64,000 bases of DNA from an uncultured Ectothiorhodospiraceae bacterium. Lineage in GTDB: Bacteria; Pseudomonadota; Gammaproteobacteria; CAMYNG01. Shown here in pieces: positions 56,589 to 64,000 of the stretch. Position 1 is the stretch's first letter. Each line of letters opens with the position of its first letter. The DNA lies in contig CAMYNG010000001.1 in assembly GCA_947259765.1 (NCBI GenBank), positions 158,219-222,218 on the forward strand, in the 5' to 3' direction. The notes under the pieces are model-generated. The model saw only the letters and a program-made list of their open reading frames with translations. It was not told where the DNA came from and ran no database searches. Made by a program: the position numbers and the translations under genes.

Positions 56589-57250
56589 TGAGATTCAGCT
56601 CAAAAAATACCGCCGCCCGCCTTATTTCCGCAGGTGCCCTTTTGACTTTGCTGGTTACCGGATTCGGTTCGGCACTGGCAGCTAAACCCGTTCGTCCGCA
56701 TTGGTCTCTCGAGGTCAAGGGTGGTCAGTTTACTCCCGACATCGATAACTATGAAACCTTTTACGGCAAGGATCATACCTCCGAGTTTGGGCTTGGGTTC
56801 GGCTACAAGTTTCTACGCCAGCTTGAAGTAGGTGCGCAGGCATCATACATCGAAGACGAAGGCGTCGGTCTGTTGCCAATCAATCAGATTCTAGGCGGTG
56901 AAGTTACCTATACATTGGTGCCTGTGGACGTTTTCGTACTTTTCCGAGCCATTTTCAAGGAAAACCAGTGGGTCGTACCCTACATTGGTGGCGGCTGGAC
57001 CCGCGCATACTACCAGCAGGAAATTACCAATCAGGAAACCGTCAAAGGCAAGGCCGACGGCTACAATGCTCGAGCCGGGATCCAGATTTCGCTCAACAAC
57101 ATGGCACCAAAGCGCGCACATAACTCGGACAAGCAGATAGGCCTGAAACAAAGCTACCTGATCCTTGAAGCGAAAAAATTCAGCGCGAAAACAAACGGTG
57201 TCGACCTGGGTGGGACCAGCTATCTGTTTGGATTGCTGTTTGAATTCTAA
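56588..57250 (+). CDS. Small outer-membrane beta-barrel protein
   Basis: The protein has a signal peptide (ALLTLLVTGFGSALA/AKP), alternating amphipathic strands and a C-terminal aromatic residue (...FGLLFEF). Its ATG overlaps the upstream stop (TAATG). Confidence 0.6.
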   Translation: MRFSSKNTAARLISAGALLTLLVTGFGSALAAKPVRPHWSLEVKGGQFTPDIDNYETFYGKDHTSEFGLGFGYKFLRQLEVGAQASYIEDEGVGLLPINQILGGEVTYTLVPVDVFVLFRAIFKENQWVVPYIGGGWTRAYYQQEITNQETVKGKADGYNARAGIQISLNNMAPKRAHNSDKQIGLKQSYLILEAKKFSAKTNGVDLGGTSYLFGLLFEF

Positions 57251-57342
57251 AGGATCCGTAAACTACTCAATACTGACAACGCGCCTGACACTTTGCAATT
57301 TTTTAGGAAACGCCCATAGATTTAAGTGCTTCGAGTCATCGA

Positions 57343-60240
57343 TTACGAAAGATCAGGTTCACCACAGTAACGCAGAATATGCCGGCGCGCCGCACCTTTA
57401 AGTTCAATAGCCGCTTGCCAGATTTCTTCGTTATTCCCATTCAACGCTTTGGGGACTATTGCCTCCCCGATGTTAATGGAAATATTGCCTCGGTGTGGAA
57501 ACCAGGAACCTGCACGCAACATCGAGCGCGTTCCACGTATGGCGATGGGTATGACAGGAATTTTCGCCCGTGTAGCGGTCATAAAAGCCCCCATATGAAA
57601 CTTTGACAAGCCCGGTGTCCGGGAAAATGTTCCCTCAGGAAAGAAAAACAACGATTGCTGACGCTGAGCAGCCGCTACAATTCGTTGTGAATCGAGCAGG
57701 CCTTTTTGTCTGTCAAACCGCTCCACAAATTCGACGCCAGTTCGTTCTAGCGCAACGCGTATCAATAAACGTTCCCGCAACTCTGCTTTTGCCACAAAAC
57801 TAAATGCACGTGGTACAGCTGCGACCAACGCGTAACTGTCAAGGTAACTCGAATGGTTGGCTACGTACACACAGGCCTCGTTCGCTGCCGGCAGATTTTG
57901 CGACCCGTTAACTGTAATTCGTGTCCCCGTGGTGAAGGCCAGTGTACGACCAAAAAGTCGCATTGCGATCCAACGCCAGCTCAGGCGTGGTAAACCCATT
58001 ATCGACAACCACGTAAGACCAGCAAGAAAACTGAACGATAGCCAGGCATAGGCTGCAAATAGACTATTAAGAAGCTGTGCTTTCAGGCGCCGCCAAACTG
58101 GCGACAGCGAACGCAGGGCCACTCTTGCAAACTGCAGCCATATAGCTTTGCTGCCCCGGCCGATTGCGCCCTGCTCGTAGATTTCGCGACATGCAGAGCG
58201 CCGTATTTTTCCGCTCGACGTCTTGAGCACCGTATGCGAAGGTACCAAAACTACTTCGTCCGGTGGCGAACCAATCAAGTCACTAGTGAGAGTAAGAATC
58301 TTTTTTTGAAGTGTTTCCCTTACACCAACGTCAGTTTCTCTTGTCTCCGCCATAATCACCAGTCTTTCCGAGCCCGTATGTGAATCAAGCGTACCGAATG
58401 CAACTACACAGCCTTTTCGTATGCCATCTATATTTCCCACAGCCTCCTCTACTTCATGCGGATATATATTACGTCCGGCGCGGATTACGACATCCTTGCT
58501 ACGTCCTGTGATGAAAATCTCACCTTCAGCAATATAGGCCAGGTCACCCGAATCCAACCACCCCTGCTTAAACAGGTTTTTTGTTGCCTGTGGATTACGA
58601 TAATAGCCGGATGTTGCTGACGGACCACGAAACTGTAAATAACCCTGTTCACGCTCCGGCAACTCCCTATTGTTGTCGTCCACGATTCGGACTTGGTGCC
58701 CTTGAAGCGGATAACCGCTGGTGGCAAAACATAGGGCGTTTCTGTCGCTGGGCCCGGTGGCGACAGCCTTACCTGTTGAGGTAAATTTTTCACGCTGCAC
58801 GCAGTCGATACGCGGCATTCTGTTCAGTGGTGGAAATGCCAAACCCACGGCAGACTCGGCCAGTCCATAAACCGGCATCATGCTTTCCGCTCGAAAACCT
58901 GCGGCCTTAAGGCGACGGGAAAATCCCTCAATCGTTTCCGGGCTAACAGATTCCGCACCATTAAATGCACTACGCCAACAACTCAGGTCCAATCCTTTCA
59001 AATCTTCGTCTGTTAACCGCTTCAAACATAATTCATAACCAAAATTGGGTGAGGCAGAAAGAGTCGCCCGATATTGATGAATGGCCCAAAGCCAGCGCTG
59101 CGGTCGCGTCAGGAAAGAAAGCGGCGACATCACTACCAGTAACACACTAAAATACAGACTTCCCAGCCAGGCACCGATCAGCCCCATGTCATGATAGAGC
59201 GGTAGCCAACTAACAAAGACGTCGTTGGCATCCGCCTCCACCGCCTCTCCCATAGCGCGGATATTGGCCAGCAGATTCGCATGGGTAAGCACGACACCTT
59301 TCGGGTTACCGGTACTGCCCGAGGTATATTGAAGAAAGGCGATGTCAAAGGGACCCATTACCGGCCGGTTATAGCCTTCTGAGCGGGAAGCAAGATCGGC
59401 TACCGTCACCACGTTACGTAGTGTCTCAACCTGCGATTTAAGTAACTGAGCGACCACTTTTGCTTCCGGCATGGTGATCAAGGTTGAGGCCTGACAGTTG
59501 TTCAATATTCCGCTGTGGCGGCGCAGATGATCCTCTAGTTGACTGCGTCGCAACGGTGGATAGATTGGTACCGGAATCGCGCCACCAAGTAAAATGGCAT
59601 AAAAGCTGAAAAAATAGTCGCGGCCGGTCGGCAGCATAATCGCAACGGTGTCTCCGACCTGAACGCCTCGCTGCTGGAGTCCCGCGGCCAGCTGCTCCGC
59701 ACCGTGCCAAAGTTGAGCATAGGTCAACGCGTCCTGCTCGCCTTCGTCACCCAATATGCGTACATGCAAGCGCTCTGGGTGCTGCTTTACGTGCCACTCC
59801 AAAACCTCGATCAAAGTGGAGGCTTGACGGGGCAAATTTTTTACACCGGCCGTCGCCAGTTCAACGACCTCAAGCGGCGTACGGGATTCCTCGCGACCAC
59901 GGGCTGACATGACTGCCCGCAACAGGTCCCGCGGTGTTTCCGTGTCGGTAAACACCCGTTGCCGCAAGACAACGTTAAAACGTCGCTCAAGACGGGAAAT
60001 CAGTTCAACTCGCGCCAGGCTATCCAGTCCCAAATCAGTATCCAGTGAGCTGTCAAGATTCAGCACAAGCATTTTTGATTTCGACGGATACAAATCATCA
60101 AGCACAGCCTGCACTGTTTCAAGCAAGCCCTGCATGACCTCTTCCTGATCGTTTTGTGCTGCTGCATGATTCATATCTGATAACCGATCATTAGCTCCGC
60201 TTTGCAAAACCGTTATCGCCGCTAACGTTGTCACCATCAT
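57343..60240 (-). CDS. Triple fusion: acyl carrier domain - acyl-AMP ligase (AMP-binding) - TM - PlsC-type lysophospholipid acyltransferase
   Basis: The phosphopantetheine attachment site is LGLDSLARVEL. The AMP-binding motif is YTSGSTGNPKGVVLTH. Hydrophobic segments follow. The acyltransferase motifs are NHSSYLD (HX4D) and FFPEGTFSR. Confidence 0.8.
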   Translation of the reverse strand: MMVTTLAAITVLQSGANDRLSDMNHAAAQNDQEEVMQGLLETVQAVLDDLYPSKSKMLVLNLDSSLDTDLGLDSLARVELISRLERRFNVVLRQRVFTDTETPRDLLRAVMSARGREESRTPLEVVELATAGVKNLPRQASTLIEVLEWHVKQHPERLHVRILGDEGEQDALTYAQLWHGAEQLAAGLQQRGVQVGDTVAIMLPTGRDYFFSFYAILLGGAIPVPIYPPLRRSQLEDHLRRHSGILNNCQASTLITMPEAKVVAQLLKSQVETLRNVVTVADLASRSEGYNRPVMGPFDIAFLQYTSGSTGNPKGVVLTHANLLANIRAMGEAVEADANDVFVSWLPLYHDMGLIGAWLGSLYFSVLLVVMSPLSFLTRPQRWLWAIHQYRATLSASPNFGYELCLKRLTDEDLKGLDLSCWRSAFNGAESVSPETIEGFSRRLKAAGFRAESMMPVYGLAESAVGLAFPPLNRMPRIDCVQREKFTSTGKAVATGPSDRNALCFATSGYPLQGHQVRIVDDNNRELPEREQGYLQFRGPSATSGYYRNPQATKNLFKQGWLDSGDLAYIAEGEIFITGRSKDVVIRAGRNIYPHEVEEAVGNIDGIRKGCVVAFGTLDSHTGSERLVIMAETRETDVGVRETLQKKILTLTSDLIGSPPDEVVLVPSHTVLKTSSGKIRRSACREIYEQGAIGRGSKAIWLQFARVALRSLSPVWRRLKAQLLNSLFAAYAWLSFSFLAGLTWLSIMGLPRLSWRWIAMRLFGRTLAFTTGTRITVNGSQNLPAANEACVYVANHSSYLDSYALVAAVPRAFSFVAKAELRERLLIRVALERTGVEFVERFDRQKGLLDSQRIVAAAQRQQSLFFFPEGTFSRTPGLSKFHMGAFMTATRAKIPVIPIAIRGTRSMLRAGSWFPHRGNISINIGEAIVPKALNGNNEEIWQAAIELKGAARRHILRYCGEPDLS

Positions 60241-60274
60241 GTTGCGTTAGCTGTATCCTTCACATCTTTACTGT

Positions 60275-62113
60275 TTACTCTGCCATTAAGTGGCCGTGAT
60301 AGAGTTCCTTAATCTCCTGCTCGAAGCGGTCCTCAAGGACGTTGCGTTTTATCTTTAACGTCGGCGTCAGCAGACCGTTGTCGATCGTCCAGGCCTCACG
60401 TGTCAAATGCACTGCATGGATCTGCGCATAACCGGGGAAGGTACCCAGCATTCCGGCCAGCTTGTCCAGCACCGCGTCGACCGCCAGTGGACTACGCAGT
60501 GACTGTTCTCTTTCCGGGTCCAGACCCAGCGCGGCGGCAAAACTCGGCCAGGCCTCATGGTTAAGAACCACTAGTGCCGACAGGAAGGGTTTACCCTCGC
60601 CCACTACCATAGCTTGTTCGAACAATGGCTCCAGGGTGATGACCATTTCCATATCGGCTGGTGGCACCTTTTCGCCGGTTGAGGTCACCAGGATCTCCTT
60701 GAGCCGTCCGCGAATATAGATGCGCCCCTCTCTGATCTCCGCCAGGTCCCCCGTATGCAACCAACCTTCTTTATCAATAACCTTTTGTGTGTCTTCTTCC
60801 CTGCCCCAGTAGCCTTGCATAACACCGGGGGAACGAACCAGCAGCTCATCGTTTTCGGCAAGTGACACTTCGACATCCGGTAAGGGCTTGCCTACCGAGC
60901 CGGGAACGTTATCGGACGGACGGTTGCTGCTGACCACGGGGCCCGCTTCAGTCAAACCGTATCCTTCCAGCAGGGGCAGGCCCAGTCCGAGAAAAAAGCG
61001 TGCCACCTGTTCGGACATGGGTGCCGCGCCGGTCACCGCAACCCGAATACACCCACCTAGACGGGAAAGTACTTTGTCGGCGACAATTTTATGCAACACC
61101 TTTTGCGCCAGACCGCTCACCATACCGAGGGGAGGTTGGCGTCCTTGTGATGCCTTGAACTTTCGCCAACCCAAACGAATTGTCCAGGCGAAGAGCTTTT
61201 TCTTCAGCCAGTGTGGAGCAATTTTTACGTTAACCGCGGTGTAAATCTTTTCATACAATCGCGGCGCCGACAAAAACACCGTTGGTTGTATCTCGAGTAA
61301 GTCCTCCGCCAATAATTGAATCGACCGTGCATAAGCAACACAACAGCCTGCCATCATGGGCAGACAATACTCCACTGTGCGTTCAAAACCATGCGCCAAA
61401 GGCAGAAACGACAGAAACACATCATCGGTAACCGCCGGTATAATTTTTTGTACCGCCTCCGCATTTGCGAGTAAATTGTGGTGTGTAAGCATGACCCCCT
61501 TGGGTTTACCGGTCGTTCCCGAAGTATAGATAATAGTTGCCAACGCCCCGGGATCGGACACCGAATTTACATAGGAACTGCCATCGACAGGCAATACCTC
61601 GTCAACACTGCGACAGATATCATCCCGGTTCGTATTGTTGTCTTTATTTCCCTGTAGATAAAAGACACGCCGCAAGGCCGGCAAGCTTGGTTGCTGAGGG
61701 GCAAGGTCGCGCCACTGACGATATTCGTCGAGTAACACCACACTGGCGCCCGCATCTGCCAGAATATAGACGATGTTTTCCGGTGTATCCGTTGGGTACA
61801 GCACAACCACTACCAGGCCAAGAGACTGGGCCGCCTGCTCGAAACAGACCCAGTCGATACCGTTTTTCAGAATTATGGCAACGCGATCCCCTGCCCTGAG
61901 ATCCTCATGCCGCAGTGCCTGCCGCCAGCGACTGACGACACTCTGAATTTCTCGCCAGGTATAACTGCGCCACGCCTGCATCCTGGTATCGTATTGCCGA
62001 TAAGCGATGCTGTCGGGGCTATGTTTAACACGTGCTTGAAAAAGGTCAGGTAGTGTGTTGGCTTCGACTTCACCGATAAAATCGGTTTTATGCATCCCGG
62101 AGAATTGGGCCAT
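60275..62113 (-). CDS. Long-chain fatty acid--CoA ligase (AMP-dependent synthetase)
   Basis: The 612-aa ORF has YTSGTTGKPKGVMLTHHNLL, GYGLTEAGP and a C-terminal ...LTPTLKIKR motif. Confidence 0.85.
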   Translation of the reverse strand: MAQFSGMHKTDFIGEVEANTLPDLFQARVKHSPDSIAYRQYDTRMQAWRSYTWREIQSVVSRWRQALRHEDLRAGDRVAIILKNGIDWVCFEQAAQSLGLVVVVLYPTDTPENIVYILADAGASVVLLDEYRQWRDLAPQQPSLPALRRVFYLQGNKDNNTNRDDICRSVDEVLPVDGSSYVNSVSDPGALATIIYTSGTTGKPKGVMLTHHNLLANAEAVQKIIPAVTDDVFLSFLPLAHGFERTVEYCLPMMAGCCVAYARSIQLLAEDLLEIQPTVFLSAPRLYEKIYTAVNVKIAPHWLKKKLFAWTIRLGWRKFKASQGRQPPLGMVSGLAQKVLHKIVADKVLSRLGGCIRVAVTGAAPMSEQVARFFLGLGLPLLEGYGLTEAGPVVSSNRPSDNVPGSVGKPLPDVEVSLAENDELLVRSPGVMQGYWGREEDTQKVIDKEGWLHTGDLAEIREGRIYIRGRLKEILVTSTGEKVPPADMEMVITLEPLFEQAMVVGEGKPFLSALVVLNHEAWPSFAAALGLDPEREQSLRSPLAVDAVLDKLAGMLGTFPGYAQIHAVHLTREAWTIDNGLLTPTLKIKRNVLEDRFEQEIKELYHGHLMAE

Positions 62114-62969
62114 ATTCTAGGCTCCTGTTTTGACAACGACTACATTCACCTGCCACCGACTTCAAGGATATCCAACATCAACGACTCTGTGTACCGCCTC
62201 GCCGTGAAAAACAAACAGTGCAACTCCTGACTATGGTTTGTCCCAATCGTCTTGAGAATAAGCTGCACGAACCTCACACCGAAGCCCGGTAGCTCCTGAA
62301 AATACCTTCGACGGGCAGCGCTTTCTAAGCGTTTGAACGCTTTACGTTAAGGTTCTGATACAGGCTCCAGACGCGCATGTGGTCCCCTCCATCCGGTTAT
62401 ATGCCTTGCCTCACGGCTGGGCGGGGGCTTCGTGATGGGATCTATTCAAGGCCGGACACGGCCGTTGGAGGTGATCTCCTTGACCTTGGTGGCATCATCA
62501 TTGATGTACCGAGCTCACCTCGTGTCCTCTGCCCATCTCTATTAATAATAGAAGTAAACAGCGACAGCGGAAAACTTTTTTGGCATAAAGATAGTAGATG
62601 TTCCAGACAACGGTAACGCCCCACAATCGCTGCCCCAACTCGCCGGTCTAATACTCATCGGCCGTATAGCGCGACCGGACCACCGGTGGCTCACAGATCC
62701 GTCAATTTTTCTGGTGAGCGTCAAGGCGGGCTACAACCAGTGACATTTTAAGAAGGGAACGAGCGTTGGATTACGATGGAACGCTCAGCAGGACTTTGTG
62801 GGTACTGCCTCAGCAGAGGAGACAATATCAAAATACCGGGGCCAAGAAAGGTTTTATGCGTCACCAGAAACAATTTGACGAACTACCGATCAGCCCGCAA
62901 AAAAACCTGACTTTTGTTGCCTATCACGACAACCTAACGGTTCTGTTCCCAAAACCCACGATTTACGTA

Positions 62970-64000
62970 CTACTGTCCGACCCCGCACTTCCCCTGGAAA
63001 CAGCGCTGTGAACACTGTAGTTTCCTCCGGTCTATAGCGCACACATGGTTACGCCCCATCTCTTTGGCTCGATACAGGGCTTCATCTGCCTGTGAAAGCA
63101 TTTGCTGTAATGCATCTTCGCCGGAGTTGGCCGGCGGTGCACAGGTCACACCGCTGCTGACCGTCATCTGAATCAGGACGTCATTATCCCTGGCTGGATT
63201 TTTCTCGATAGCAGCACGAATTTTTTCTGCCAGTGCCACAGCGCCACGTAAACTTTGCGTAAGGTTCAGGATGAGAAATTCCTCGCCACCCAGGCGTAAC
63301 AGGTAATCGCTCGCCCGACACTCTCTCCTAAGAGTGTCAGTAAAGTGTTTGAGACATCTGTCTCCAATCAAGTGTCCATGGGTGTCGTTAATCAGCTTAA
63401 AATGATCGAGATCCATCAGAATTGCCGCGACACACTTGTCCTCGCGTGAGGCTTGTGCCTGCAGTTTTGGAAGGACATCCTGCAAATATCTGCGATTGTA
63501 AAGACCAGTTAACGTATCGGTTATTGCGGATTCCTCAAGCTCCGCATGGATCAGATCGATCTCCGTCTGCTTGTTGCGCAAAGCCTGAAGCATGTCGGCA
63601 AAGTGATTTGCAAGTTCCTCAACCTCATTTCCGGGTAATGATTTTTTTAGCGTTGGAAATTCACCTTCAGCTACTTTGCGTGTAATTCGCGTCAGTTCCT
63701 GCATAGGTCGACTGAAGTTACACATCATGAAATAGACCGAAATCACGATTGCCGCGATTCCCAACACCGCAAGTGCCAGAGTAATCTGTTTATGTCGCTG
63801 GATGCGCTGCGTCAGCGTTGTTTCCGACAAACCATACCAAAGCGATGGCATGCCCGCATCCGCGCCAGCTAACTCTATTTTTTCAACCTGGTAGCGTTCA
63901 CCGCTAACAACCACGGGTAGATGGCTAGGTTCGAACCTTGCTTGTTTCGCGGTAGCAATTGTAGAAGAAAGAATTTGGCCTTTATACTCAACAAAAATTT
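62970..64000 (-). CDS. Membrane sensor diguanylate cyclase (HAMP-like linker + GGDEF), 5' end outside window
   Basis: The active site is GGEEF (RLGGEEFLIL), with an RxxD I-site (RASD) five residues upstream. A TM segment and HAMP-like segment are present. The frame stays open upstream of the GTG at 63914 to the window edge, so the N-terminal sensor domain is cut off. Confidence 0.85.
   Translation of the reverse strand, partial: IFVEYKGQILSSTIATAKQARFEPSHLPVVVSGERYQVEKIELAGADAGMPSLWYGLSETTLTQRIQRHKQITLALAVLGIAAIVISVYFMMCNFSRPMQELTRITRKVAEGEFPTLKKSLPGNEVEELANHFADMLQALRNKQTEIDLIHAELEESAITDTLTGLYNRRYLQDVLPKLQAQASREDKCVAAILMDLDHFKLINDTHGHLIGDRCLKHFTDTLRRECRASDYLLRLGGEEFLILNLTQSLRGAVALAEKIRAAIEKNPARDNDVLIQMTVSSGVTCAPPANSGEDALQQMLSQADEALYRAKEMGRNHVCAIDRRKLQCSQRCFQGKCGVGQ

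Noticed and set aside
1-64000. A search by eye for tRNA/rRNA genes, IS elements, integrases, prophage or toxin-antitoxin pairs.
   Set aside because: I recognised no cloverleaf-like or rRNA-like conserved stretches and no transposase or integrase motifs. A proper tRNAscan, Rfam or ISfinder run is still needed to exclude small elements.

Overview
This is a gammaproteobacterial-type chromosomal window of roughly 50% GC by eye. I found no rRNA, tRNA, CRISPR array, transposase or integrase.

Bases 1-28.7k are a conserved housekeeping block.
- Minus strand: lpxA-fabZ-lpxD-skp-bamA-rseP-dxr-cdsA-uppS-frr-pyrH-tsf-rpsB.
- Then map-glnD, a VOC protein, dapC-dapD-(ArsC-family)-dapE, an exported DUF302 protein, tsaB and a DinG/YoaA-type helicase.
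- Then a small PD-(D/E)XK-like orphan, an LpoP-like TPR lipoprotein next to PBP1B (mrcB), and an NlpC/P60 lipoprotein.

From 28.7k to the end the content is lineage-specific and holds the interesting material.
1. 28.8-37.0k is a phospho-threonine / c-di-GMP signalling island. It has an FHA-GAF-HD-GYP protein divergent from an operon encoding an internally duplicated unknown, a HEAT-repeat Hanks kinase, two PilT-like ATPases and a double-FHA protein. No pilus genes are nearby.
2. 37.1-51.2k is a 14-kb co-directional cluster headed by a sigma-54 type promoter, with a divergent enhancer-binding protein. It encodes an SCP2-like protein, an RND adaptor, an RND pump with a long basic tail and three secreted G/Y/P/Q repeat proteins. 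It also encodes an exported unknown, a membrane TPR protein, a Met/Asn-rich single-pass protein, a dynamin-like GTPase, a P/Y-rich single-pass protein and a membrane DUF302 protein.
3. 53.2-62.1k holds an HTH-[2Fe-2S]-FNR-like fusion, a beta-helix/FN3 surface protein translationally coupled to a small outer-membrane barrel, an ACP-acyl-AMP-ligase-PlsC triple fusion and a long-chain acyl-CoA synthetase.
4. A GGDEF cyclase is truncated by the window end.

Several long ORFs in the supplied track are N-terminally over-extended or are alternative-frame or antisense shadows of the repeat genes. I trimmed or rejected these. All functional calls rest on motif recognition by eye, since no database search was possible.
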